Part shown: piece by piece, positions 47,606 to 56,673 of the stretch
Layout: every line of letters begins with the position of its first letter
Numbering within the stretch: position 1 is the stretch's first letter
Assembly (NCBI GenBank): GCA_963735875.1
Contig: CAVTMO010000009.1
Coordinates: 29,592 to 93,591, forward strand
DNA length: 64,000 nt
Reading direction: 5' to 3'
Source: an uncultured Acidobacteriota bacterium
GTDB taxonomy: Bacteria; Acidobacteriota; Vicinamibacteria; Vicinamibacterales; UBA2999
Made by a program: the position numbers and the translations under genes
Notes under the pieces: generated by a model
Told to the model about the DNA's origin: nothing
Database searches by the model: none
The model's input: only the letters and a program-made list of their open reading frames with translations

Positions 47606-47954
47606 CACCCGCAGCGAGCGCGGGACCGAACTCGACCAGTGGCAGCGCCAGGCGGTGCTGGCCGCCGCGTCGCTGCTGCGCGAGCGCTACCGTGGCACGC
47701 CCGACGACACGCGGGCGCGCACCGTGCACGATGCGCTGCTCGAGGTCGTGGAGCCCTCCCGCCGCGCCGTGCGCCTGCAGCGCGAGATGGCGTCGGAGGC
47801 GTTGGACGCGGCGCTCACGTTGCGCAGCGAGCGCCGCGCGCGAGGACGTCGCTCCGGCTCCGATCGCCGTCTGTGGGAGCTGGGACCACCGCGCGGTATC
47901 GAGCGGCGCGTCGCCGAGCGCCGCGCGCCGGCCGAGCGACGATCTCGACAGTAG
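47595..47954 (+). CDS. hypothetical small protein with Arg-rich (D/E)RR-repeat tail
   Basis: 119 aa from an ATG that overlaps the previous ORF by 11 nt. Good GC3. Tail is RSERRARGRRSGSDRRLWELGPPRGIERRVAERRAPAERRSRQ. Confidence 0.45.
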   Translation: MSGNTRSERGTELDQWQRQAVLAAASLLRERYRGTPDDTRARTVHDALLEVVEPSRRAVRLQREMASEALDAALTLRSERRARGRRSGSDRRLWELGPPRGIERRVAERRAPAERRSRQ

Positions 47955-48107
47955 GCTCACGCCGCGCTGCGCCTCGGCAGGTCCACGGCTGCGCCGCCAG
48001 CCGGCGACCCTGAGCGCGACCGCCGTGCGGCTACCCAGGACCGGGTAATCCGCCGGCGCCCCTCCCTGTTCCCCGTTTCCTGTTCTTGAGGCGTAACATG
48101 CGCTCTC

Positions 48108-51100
48108 ATGAACGCCCAGCGCTGCTCCGCCCTTCTCATCGCCGTCGCACTGTGCGTCGCCACCGCGCCGCTGTCCTCGCAGGCCCCGGCGCCGGCCAAT
48201 CGGCGCGCCGAGTTCGAACGGCTGGCCAAGGCTGCACTGGCCCAGCATCAGGGCACGCTCATCGTGCGCGGCGTGCGCGAGCCGGTGGAGGTGCTGCGCG
48301 ACCAGCACGGCATTCCGCACATCTACGCGAAGAACACCCACGACCTCTTCTTCGCGCAGGGCTTCACGGTGGCGCAGGACCGGATGTGGCAGCTCGAGCT
48401 GTGGCGCCGGAACGGCGAGGGCAAGCTCGCCGAGGTGCTCGGGCCGAACTACGTCACGCGCGACCGGTTCGCACGGCTGCTCGCCTTCCGCGGCAACTGG
48501 GACGAGGAGATGAAGAAGTACCACCCCGAGGGGCCGGTGATCTTCGACGCCTTTGCCCAGGGCGTGAACATGGCCATCCAGAAGGCCATCGACGAACAGA
48601 AGGTGCCGGTCGAGTTCCGCATCATGGGCTTCCAGCCCCTGCCGCACTGGACCGCCAAGACGCTCCTCACGCGCATGCCCGGCTGGACGCTGTCGCGCAA
48701 CGTAGCCGGCGAGGTGCAGCGCGCGCTCGACGTGAAGACGCTGGGTCTGGAGAAGACGCGCGAGCTGAAACCCACCGACCCCGAGACGCCGTTCGTCGTG
48801 CCGCCCGGGCTGGATCTCGAGGACATCACCGCTGACATCCTCGCCATCACGCGGGGCGCGAACGATATCCGTTGGGATCTGACTCCGGCGGAGCTGAGGG
48901 CGGAAGCTCTGACAAGCCCCAGTCCCCAGTCCCCAGCCCCCAGCCCCGAGAGGGACTACACGCAAGGTTTTGGTAGCAACAACTGGGTGATCAGCGGGAA
49001 GAAGTCGGCCACCGGGATGCCGATCATCGCCAACGATCCGCATCGCGAAGTCGTGAATCCGGCGCTGCGCTACGTCGTCCATCTGAACGCGCCGGGCTGG
49101 AATGCCATCGGCGCCACCGAGCCCGGGTTGCCCGGCATCTCGATCGGCCACAACGATCGGGTGGCGTGGGGCTTCACCATCCTCGGCATGGATCAGCAGG
49201 ATCTCTACGTCGAGGAGACCGATCCGGCCAACCCCAAGCGCTATCGCTGGAAAGGCGCCTGGGAGGACATGAGCGTCGAGCGCGAGTTCATCTGGGTGAA
49301 AGGACGGCCCCAGCCCGACGCGGTCGATCTGTCGTTCACGCGGCACGGACCGGTGCTCCACGAGAACACCGGCCGCAACCGTGCCTACGCGTTGAAGTGG
49401 GTGGGCGCCGAGCCCGGCGGCGCCGGATATCTCGGCTCGCTGAACGTGATGCAGGCGAAGAACCTCGACGAGTTCCGCGCCGCCCTGCCCAAGGCGTGGT
49501 ACCTGCCGTCGCACTCGCTGGTCTACGCCGACGTCGAGGGCACCATCGCCTACTTCGGCGTGGCGCTCACGCCGCAGCGCAAGAACTGGGACGGGCTGCT
49601 GCCGGTGCCCGGCAAGGACGGCCAGTACGAATGGGACGGCTTCGTGCCCTTTGAGCAGTTGCCGTTCAGCCGGAACGACCCGCGCGGGTTCTACAACAGC
49701 TCGAACAACGACGTCGTGCCGAAGATCGTCCCCGGCTACAAGATCCCGCTCGGCTACGAGTACAGCGCGCCCTACCGCTACGAGCGGGCGTTCGAGGTGC
49801 TCAGCCAGGCGAAGACCTTCGCGCTGACCGACATGGAGAAGCTGCAGCAGGACGCCACGTCGCTGCCGGCGCGGGCGCTCGTGCCGCTGCTTCGCCAGGT
49901 GCGCGGGCCCTCGCGGGCGCGGCCGACCACCACGACGGCGCCAGGCGGCGCCGCGCGCAGTGTTGATTTCGCCGCGACGCAGGGTTCGAGCCCTGGCCCG
50001 TCCAGCGACACGCTTCGGGCGATCGATCAACTGCTGGCCTGGAACCACGTGCTCGACAAAACCTCCACCGCCGCGACGATCTACGAGTACTGGCTCCTGC
50101 GGCTGCAGCCGCTGGCGTATGCGCCGCGGGTGCCCGAGGCGCAGCGGGCCGCGTTCCGCGCCTTCGATCCCCGCCGCGTGATCGCGTGGATGACCCGTCC
50201 TGACGCCGCTTACGGCGCCTCGCGGCGCGAACGCGAGGCCACGCGCAACCGCATCCTGCTCGAGGCGATGGATCAGGCAGTGGCCGACCTCCGCAAGGCG
50301 CACGGCGAGAAATGGGCCGACGTCCCCTGGGGGCAGATCCACACCTCGCGCTTCACCCACCCGCTGGCCAATTCGGCCGCCACGCGCGAGCTCTTCGCCA
50401 TGCCGGCGGTTCCCAAGAGCGGCGACGCCTACACGCTGCTGGCCAGCTCGTCGGCCACCGAGGCCGGCGCCGACCAGACCTCCGGCGCCTCCTACTCGTT
50501 CGTCTTCGACGTGAAGGACTGGGACAACTCCACCGGGTTGAACGCGCCGGGCCAGTCGGCACAGCCGCTCAGCCCGCATTACGGCGACCTGGCGCCGCTG
50601 TGGGGCGAGGGCAAGGGCGTGCCGATGGCGTTCTCGCGCGCCAAGGTCGACAGCGTCGTCAAGTCGCGCCTCGTGCTCCAGCCGCTCACCGAGCACCTGC
50701 CAGCGGCGGCGGCGCCCTCACCGGGCCTGCCGGGGTTCGAGCCGCTGCAGCCCGCAACCTTCGCCGCCCACGGCGCCCAGGCCAACGCCTGGGGCGATTA
50801 CGACGGCGACGGCGACCTGGACCTCTTCGTGGGGTTCCGCGGCCGTCTCGACCGGCTCTATCGCAACGACGCCGGCACTTTCACCGATGTCGCGTTGGCG
50901 ATGGGCCTTGGCGACACGAGCGAGACGCGGGCCGCCGCCTGGGGCGACTACGACAACGACGGCGACCTCGACCTCTACGTCGGCTTCTCGGTGAACCAGA
51001 CCACGCCGAACAAGCTCTATCGCAACGACGGCGCCAAGGGCTTCGTGAACGTGGCCGGCGCGCTCGGCGTGGAAGACACCGGCACCACCCGCCAGCCGGC

Positions 51101-52115
51101 GTGGATCGATCTCGACGGCGACAACGACCTCGACCTCTTCGTGGCCTGGCGGGATCGGCCCAACAGCCTGTATCGCAACGACGGCGGCAAGTTCACCGAC
51201 GTGGCCAAGGAGCTCGGGCTGGCCGATCCGCGCAAGAGCGTCGGCGCGGTGTGGTTCGACCTCGACGCCGACGGCGACCTCGACCTCTTCGTGGCCAACC
51301 AGGAGGGCGATCCCAACGGGCTGTTCCGCAACGACGGCGGCAGGTTTACCGATATCGCCGACGCGGCCGGCGTGTCGGGGAAGGGCCGCTCACCGGTGCT
51401 CGGCGGCGTCGGGCCGGCGGTGGCCGACTACGACCTCGACGGCGACCTCGATCTGTTCGTGGCCAACTACGGTCCCGACGAACTGTTCCGCAACGACGGC
51501 AACGGCCGCTTCACCGATGTGGCCCCCGCGCTCGGTCTGGCCGGCGACACCCACGAGACCACGGCGGGGTGGGGCGACGTGGACAACGACGGCGATCCGG
51601 ACCTGTACCTCGCGTCGTTCCTGACCAACGTGCTCAGCTCGCGCGACAAGCTGTTCCGCAACGATCGCACCGGGTTCGTCGACGTCACACCGGCGTCGGT
51701 GCTGAAGTGGGACGCCAGCCACGGCGTGCAATGGGTCGATGTCGACGCCGACGGCAACATCGATCTCTCGCTGGCCGACAATCACCCGCTTGGCCGCCAT
51801 CAGGTACACCGCAATCTCGGCGCCGGGCCGGCTGCGCGCGCCGTCGCGGTCCGCGTGCTCGACGCCAATGGACGGGCGACCACCGCGGGCGCCGAGGTGC
51901 GTGCCTACCGGACCGGCACGCGCGAGCTCGTCGCCAGCGGCACGGTCGACGCCGGCAGCGGCTACTGCTCGCAGAGCGTGCAGCCGGTGCACCTGGGCAT
52001 CGGCGCGCTGACGACCGTGGACGTCGAGGTGTCGCTGCCACGCGGAGGCCGCCGCCTCGTCGCCCGGGCGACGGCATCGCCGGGCGCCGCCGTGGTGGTG
52101 CGGGTCGGCAGCTGA
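48108..52115 (+). CDS. S45 penicillin/AHL acylase fused to a 7-repeat FG-GAP/VCBS propeller with ASPIC/UnbV C-terminus (CRTAC1-like)
   Basis: Signal peptide, then HGIPHIYA, GFGSNNWVISG (Ser290), and the acylase fold to about residue 860. Seven repeats of the type GDYDGDGDLDLFVG...LYRNDxGxFTDV follow. The C-terminus has GSGYCSQSVQPVHLGIG. Confidence 0.85.
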   Translation: MNAQRCSALLIAVALCVATAPLSSQAPAPANRRAEFERLAKAALAQHQGTLIVRGVREPVEVLRDQHGIPHIYAKNTHDLFFAQGFTVAQDRMWQLELWRRNGEGKLAEVLGPNYVTRDRFARLLAFRGNWDEEMKKYHPEGPVIFDAFAQGVNMAIQKAIDEQKVPVEFRIMGFQPLPHWTAKTLLTRMPGWTLSRNVAGEVQRALDVKTLGLEKTRELKPTDPETPFVVPPGLDLEDITADILAITRGANDIRWDLTPAELRAEALTSPSPQSPAPSPERDYTQGFGSNNWVISGKKSATGMPIIANDPHREVVNPALRYVVHLNAPGWNAIGATEPGLPGISIGHNDRVAWGFTILGMDQQDLYVEETDPANPKRYRWKGAWEDMSVEREFIWVKGRPQPDAVDLSFTRHGPVLHENTGRNRAYALKWVGAEPGGAGYLGSLNVMQAKNLDEFRAALPKAWYLPSHSLVYADVEGTIAYFGVALTPQRKNWDGLLPVPGKDGQYEWDGFVPFEQLPFSRNDPRGFYNSSNNDVVPKIVPGYKIPLGYEYSAPYRYERAFEVLSQAKTFALTDMEKLQQDATSLPARALVPLLRQVRGPSRARPTTTTAPGGAARSVDFAATQGSSPGPSSDTLRAIDQLLAWNHVLDKTSTAATIYEYWLLRLQPLAYAPRVPEAQRAAFRAFDPRRVIAWMTRPDAAYGASRREREATRNRILLEAMDQAVADLRKAHGEKWADVPWGQIHTSRFTHPLANSAATRELFAMPAVPKSGDAYTLLASSSATEAGADQTSGASYSFVFDVKDWDNSTGLNAPGQSAQPLSPHYGDLAPLWGEGKGVPMAFSRAKVDSVVKSRLVLQPLTEHLPAAAAPSPGLPGFEPLQPATFAAHGAQANAWGDYDGDGDLDLFVGFRGRLDRLYRNDAGTFTDVALAMGLGDTSETRAAAWGDYDNDGDLDLYVGFSVNQTTPNKLYRNDGAKGFVNVAGALGVEDTGTTRQPAWIDLDGDNDLDLFVAWRDRPNSLYRNDGGKFTDVAKELGLADPRKSVGAVWFDLDADGDLDLFVANQEGDPNGLFRNDGGRFTDIADAAGVSGKGRSPVLGGVGPAVADYDLDGDLDLFVANYGPDELFRNDGNGRFTDVAPALGLAGDTHETTAGWGDVDNDGDPDLYLASFLTNVLSSRDKLFRNDRTGFVDVTPASVLKWDASHGVQWVDVDADGNIDLSLADNHPLGRHQVHRNLGAGPAARAVAVRVLDANGRATTAGAEVRAYRTGTRELVASGTVDAGSGYCSQSVQPVHLGIGALTTVDVEVSLPRGGRRLVARATASPGAAVVVRVGS
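48917..48947. repeat. GGGGCT-family repeat copy embedded in-frame in the acylase linker
   Basis: CCCCAGTCCCCAGTCCCCAGCCCCCAGCCCC encodes SPSPQSPAPSP. The 20-mer AGTCCCCAGCCCCCAGCCCC (48928-48947) is identical to 44398-44417. Confidence 0.8.
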
Positions 52116-52242
52116 CCCGCCAATCCTGAGCGGGACTGTCACGCTCTGTCGCTGAGGACCCGCCGCGTCCGCGCGTCACGCGGTTACTTCCGCGCAATTC
52201 CGATCATCGCGCGGCGGCATCTGCCTTGCACCGCCGGGCGGC

Positions 52243-54015
52243 ATGTCGAGCCCTGTCTGCCGCGCGTCGAGGACGTTTCTGGCCGCGGCGGCGGTCGTGA
52301 TGCTGCTGCCTACGGTCGCGCTGACGTCGTCGCGCACCGTCTCAGACGTCGAGCTGGCCCGCGCGAGCGCGGCCGCAGTCCACGGCCGGGTTGTCGCGAT
52401 CGAGTCCTCGTGGGACACCGCAGTCGACGCCATCTACACCGACGTCACGCTCGACGTGCAGCAGTCCTGGGGCTTGCCGGGTCAGCCGGGGCGCGTCGTC
52501 GTGAAGCAGCTCGGGGGCGTCGTGCGCGACACCGCGCTTCTCGTCGGCGGCCAGGCGCAGTTCGAAGTGGGTGAGGACGTACTGCTGTTCCTCGACGTGC
52601 GGCCGCGCGATCGGACGCTGTCGGTGGCAGGACTCGAGCAGGGCAAGTGGACGCTGTCCGGATCGAGCGGGGCGGCGACGATGACCCGCGACGTGCACGG
52701 TACCGATCCCCGGCACGTCGTCAGCCTCGACCGGCGCTCGCTCGCGGACCTCTACGCCATGGCGGCGCATGTCGGCACGCGCGCCTCGGCGGCCGGGGCG
52801 AGGGTCGACGGTGCCCTTGGCGCAGCGCCGGCGCCGGGCGCCGGCGGCGACCTCCTGCGGCCGGCCTTCACGCTCCTGTCGCCGGGGACGCCGGCGCGTT
52901 GGCACGAGGCCGATACCAACACCCCGGTCTACGTCGACACGCAGGCGGGCGGCCATCCGCAGTTCGCCGGCGGCGGGCTCACGCAGCTGGCGCAGGCGGC
53001 GGCGCTGTGGTCCGGCCCGGGTTCGCTGCGCCTGCAGCCGGGTGTCGCCCGCAGCGCGCGCTGCTTCACCAACAGCGAGCCGAGCGATGGCCGCATCTCG
53101 GTGACCTACGGCGATCCGTGCGGCGAGATCGCCGACGGCAGCTCGACGATCGCCATCGGCGGCGCCTACTACTCCTCGAGTGTGCAGCGGGTCGTCAACG
53201 GAGTGAACTTCTGGAAGATGACCAAGGGGATGGTCGTCACCGACAACCCGGCGTCGAAGTTCTCGGGGATGTCCACCGGCTGCTACGCCGACGTGCTGAC
53301 GCACGAGCTCGGCCACGTCGTCGGCTTCGGCCACGCCGCCGCCCGGCCGGCGGTGATGTATCCGTCGATCGCGCCCGACTGCTGGGGCCGCAGCACCGCG
53401 CTGCCGCTGCAAGCCGACGAACTGGCGGGCATGGCGGCGGTGTATCCGGCGGCGGCCGGGCCCACCCCGCCGCCCGGTGCGCCGACGGGCCTGGGTTCGA
53501 CCGTGGCTGGATCCACGGTGACGATCACGTGGACCGCGCCGGCCGGTGCAGCTCCGACGATGTATCAGCTGACCGCCGGCAGCGCCCAGGGTCTGGCAAA
53601 CTACGGCGCGATCAACGCAGCTGGCACGTCGATCGTCGTGCCCGGCGTGCCCAACGGCGTCTACTACGTGCGCGTCGTGGCGATGAACGCCGCCGGCGTG
53701 AGCGCGCCGACCGCCGATCACGTGGTGCAGGTCGGACCCGCGCCGCCCGGTGCGCCGCGCAGCCTCACCGGATCGGCCGCGGCCGGCGGCATCGTGTCGC
53801 TCTCGTGGCTGCCGCCGTTGTCTGGCAGCGCGCCGACCAGCTACCTGCTCCTGGCGGGCCACACACCCGGCGCGTCGACCTATCAGATCCCGGTGAACGG
53901 CACGTCGCTGGGCGCGGCCGGCATTCCCGCTGCCGTCTACTACGTGCGCATCGTCGCCGTGAACGCCGCGGGCATGAGTGTCGCGTCGAACGAAGTGACG
54001 CTCGTCGTGCAGTAA
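52243..54015 (+). CDS. secreted metzincin (matrixin-like) metalloprotease with two C-terminal FN3-like domains
   Basis: Signal peptide. HELGHVVGFGHA (HExxHxxGxxH) plus Met-turn VMYP. Two tandem ~90-aa repeats (PGAP..LT..V..WTAP...YYVRVVA.NAAG). Confidence 0.8.
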   Translation: MSSPVCRASRTFLAAAAVVMLLPTVALTSSRTVSDVELARASAAAVHGRVVAIESSWDTAVDAIYTDVTLDVQQSWGLPGQPGRVVVKQLGGVVRDTALLVGGQAQFEVGEDVLLFLDVRPRDRTLSVAGLEQGKWTLSGSSGAATMTRDVHGTDPRHVVSLDRRSLADLYAMAAHVGTRASAAGARVDGALGAAPAPGAGGDLLRPAFTLLSPGTPARWHEADTNTPVYVDTQAGGHPQFAGGGLTQLAQAAALWSGPGSLRLQPGVARSARCFTNSEPSDGRISVTYGDPCGEIADGSSTIAIGGAYYSSSVQRVVNGVNFWKMTKGMVVTDNPASKFSGMSTGCYADVLTHELGHVVGFGHAAARPAVMYPSIAPDCWGRSTALPLQADELAGMAAVYPAAAGPTPPPGAPTGLGSTVAGSTVTITWTAPAGAAPTMYQLTAGSAQGLANYGAINAAGTSIVVPGVPNGVYYVRVVAMNAAGVSAPTADHVVQVGPAPPGAPRSLTGSAAAGGIVSLSWLPPLSGSAPTSYLLLAGHTPGASTYQIPVNGTSLGAAGIPAAVYYVRIVAVNAAGMSVASNEVTLVVQ

Positions 54016-54079
54016 GACGAGGAGGCGGCACTCCTCCACTGTGCGAGGCCGTGCACAAAATACCTACCAGGCCCAAACG

Positions 54080-54103
54080 ACGGTTTTCGTAGCTGAAAAC
54101 CGT
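54080..54103. other. AT-rich 9-bp stem-loop in the spacer between the metzincin paralogs
   Basis: ACGGTTTTC-GTAGCT-GAAAACCGT. Confidence 0.6.
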
Positions 54104-54215
54104 ATGGAGCAAGCAAGATGCCCAGGGTGAGTAACGCTTGGCCATACCTTGAGGCCACCCGCTACCGTCCAAATGGGAACAGCCAACGCGCAGAAGTTTC
54201 TTCACAGTAGGCAGC

Positions 54216-55974
54216 ATGACTCGTTTCGTGCTGCATTTCGTCTCGACCTTCGCCTTTGCTGCTGCGATCGGATCGCCGTCGGTCGCGCTGGCATCGTCGC
54301 GGATCGTCGCTGACGATGTGCTGGCGCGCGCCAGCGCGGCGGCGGCGCACGGCCGGGTCGTCGCCGTCGAGTCGTCCTGGGATCCGGCGGTGGGGACGAT
54401 CTATACCTACGTCACGCTCGACGTGCTGCAGTCGTGGCAACTGTCCGGCTCGCCGTCGCGGATCGTCGTGAAGCAGCTGGGCGGCGTGGTGAACGACACC
54501 GCGTTGGTGGTCGGCGGGCAGGCCCACTTCGAGGTGGGTGAAGAAGTGCTGCTCTTCCTCGACGTGCGGCCGCGTGATCGCACGTTGTCGGTGGCCGGAC
54601 TGGAGCAGGGCAAGTGGACGCTCACCGGGTCCACGGATGCGGCGACGGCGATGGCGCGCGAGGTGCGCGGCACCGATCCCGGCCGCGTCGTCTCACGCGA
54701 CTTCACGTCGATGGCGCAGCTGCAGGCGCTGGCCGCGCTCACCGGCGGCCGCGCGGCGGCGGCCGGTGTCAACCTCGCACCGCGGGCCAGCACCGCGGAA
54801 GAGGGTCGCGTAGGAGCGGCCTTCACGCTGCTGACGCCGGCGACGCCGGCGCGGTGGCACCAGGCGGATTCGGGGGCGCCGGTCTACGTCGATACCCAGA
54901 GCGGCGGCCACCCGCAGTTTGGTGGCGGCGGGTTGACCCAGCTGGCGCGGGCGGCCCAGATGTGGGCCACGGCCGGCTCGCTGCCGCTGCAGGAAGGCGG
55001 GTCGCGCGGGCCGCGGTGCTTCAACAACAACGAACCGTCGGACGGGCGCATCTCGCTGACCTACGGCGATCCCTGCGGCGAGATCGCCGACGAGAGCTGG
55101 ACGCTGGCGATCGGCGGCGCGTACTACTCGTCGAGTGAAGTCCGCACGGTCAACGGGGTGAGCTACTGGCAGATCACCAAGGGCATGATCGTGACCGACA
55201 ACTCGCCGTGGAAGTTCTCCGGCATGTCCACCGGCTGCTACGAGGAGCTGGTGGCGCACGAGCTGGGCCACACCATCGGGTTCGGGCACGCCAGCGAACG
55301 CCCGTCGCTGATGTATCCGGCGATCACCTCCGACTGCGGCAGCCGCAGCCGGTCGATTCCCTTGTCGAGCGACGACCTGTCGGGCATGGCGGCGGTCTAC
55401 CCGATCGGTGCCGCCAACGATCCGCCGCCGAACAGCCCGACCGGCCTCGGCACGACGATCTCGGGATCGACCGTCACGATTCGCTGGACCCCACCCGTCG
55501 GCGGCACCCCGCCGCAGGGTTACATCCTCTATGCCGGCAGTGCACCGGGCCTGTCGAACATCGGTAGCGCCGCGACGACGTCGCCCGACGCTGGTGGTGC
55601 CGGGGGTGCCCGACGGCGTCTACTACATTCGTGTCGTCGCGGTGAGCGCCGGCGGCTCGAGCGCCCCGACGGCGGACTACATGGTGAACGTCAACATCGG
55701 ACCGCCAGGGGTGCCGCAGAACGTGATCGGATCGGTGGACGCCAATGGCAACGTGCAGATCACGTGGCAGCCATCGGCCACCGGTGGCGCGCCGAGCGGC
55801 TACTACGTGCTCGCCGGCTACACACCGGGCGCCACGACGTACCAGCTGCCGGTGACGACGCCGTCGCTCGGCGTGGCCCGCGTGCCGCCGGCCACTTACT
55901 ACGTGCGCATCGTGGCGGTGAACGTCGCCGGCGTCAGTGCGCCGTCCACCGAGCTGACGCTCGTCGTGCGGTGA
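54216..55974 (+). CDS. paralogous metzincin-FN3 metalloprotease, one frame break at ~55585
   Basis: HELGHTIGFGHA plus LMYP. After ..SNIGSAATTSP the frame degenerates. ORF 55408..55974 continues with LVVPGVPDGVYYIRVVAVSAGG.. to the stop. Removing one C from TCGCCCGAC restores TSPTLVVPGVP, matching the paralog. Confidence 0.75.
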
Positions 55975-56017
55975 CGGCCCGCACCCCGGCCGGCCCGTGG
56001 TATCACTGACCGGGGCG

Positions 56018-56455
56018 ATGCGGGACGTGGCGTGGCGGCGGATCGGCCGTCTGATCGGGCGGGCCGTGGTGAGCGGCGTGGCGTTGGGCGTCGGCGTCCG
56101 GCTGGCGATGCGCTTCGTCGCGCTCGAGGCCTGCGTGCCCGAGGGCTTCTCGGTGGGCGGATCGCTCGAGGTCGTGGCCGCCACGGCCCTCGTCGGGACA
56201 CCGCTGGCGCTGGTGTTCCTCGGCCTGCGGCGGTGGTTGCCGTCGCGCGCCGCATGGCCAGGTCTGCTCTTCGGCCTCAGCGTGTTCGGCGTGCTGGCCC
56301 TGGCGCCGCCGCCGGCCGCACGGGCGGCGCTGGCCGACACCCCCGACACGCCGGCGGCGACGGCCGCGGCGTTCGCGCTGTGCTTCGCCGTATGGGGTGC
56401 GGGCCTCGAGCACATCGCCCGCCGACCGCCGCGTCCCCGGCCTCAGCGCGTCTGA
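56018..56455 (+). CDS. hypothetical membrane protein
   Basis: About 145 aa with 3-4 predicted TM helices and high GC3. No recognised motif. Confidence 0.5.
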   Translation: MRDVAWRRIGRLIGRAVVSGVALGVGVRLAMRFVALEACVPEGFSVGGSLEVVAATALVGTPLALVFLGLRRWLPSRAAWPGLLFGLSVFGVLALAPPPAARAALADTPDTPAATAAAFALCFAVWGAGLEHIARRPPRPRPQRV

Positions 56456-56673
56456 TTGGGTGCGTATCCGTGTGCTGCGCGCGGTGGCCGTGAACGGCAC
56501 CGGACGACGGCGACATCCAGTCGCGATGGGTCGCCGCTGACCGCGGCATGTCGGCCGTGTCTCCGCTCGTCACGCGCCCGGCCCCCGAGAACGTCGGCGC
56601 CGGCCGGGTCGTCCAAATGCGCACGGTATACTGCGACATTGCGCGGATCGCTGCGCTTGGAGGCTCTCACCCC

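Noticed and set aside
47313-50696. 1127-aa minus-strand ORF, among the longest in the track
   Set aside because: It is antisense to the well-supported acylase-propeller gene and the small ORFs. The translation is Arg/Gly/Pro/Ala-rich with no motif. Stop codons are simply rare in the antisense frames of 70% GC coding sequence. The same reasoning rejects 59498..62776(-), 56443..59643(-), 32773..35979(+), 6041..7933(+), 18211..20727(-), 37732..40353(-), 41889..43733(-), 44634..46931(+) upstream of 45705, and 50312..52129(+).
54149-54215. ECF-type promoter (GGAAC at ~54176) upstream of the second metzincin gene
   Set aside because: Only the -35-like pentamer is present. No CGTC-type -10 sits at the right spacing, and the first paralog's upstream region has no counterpart.
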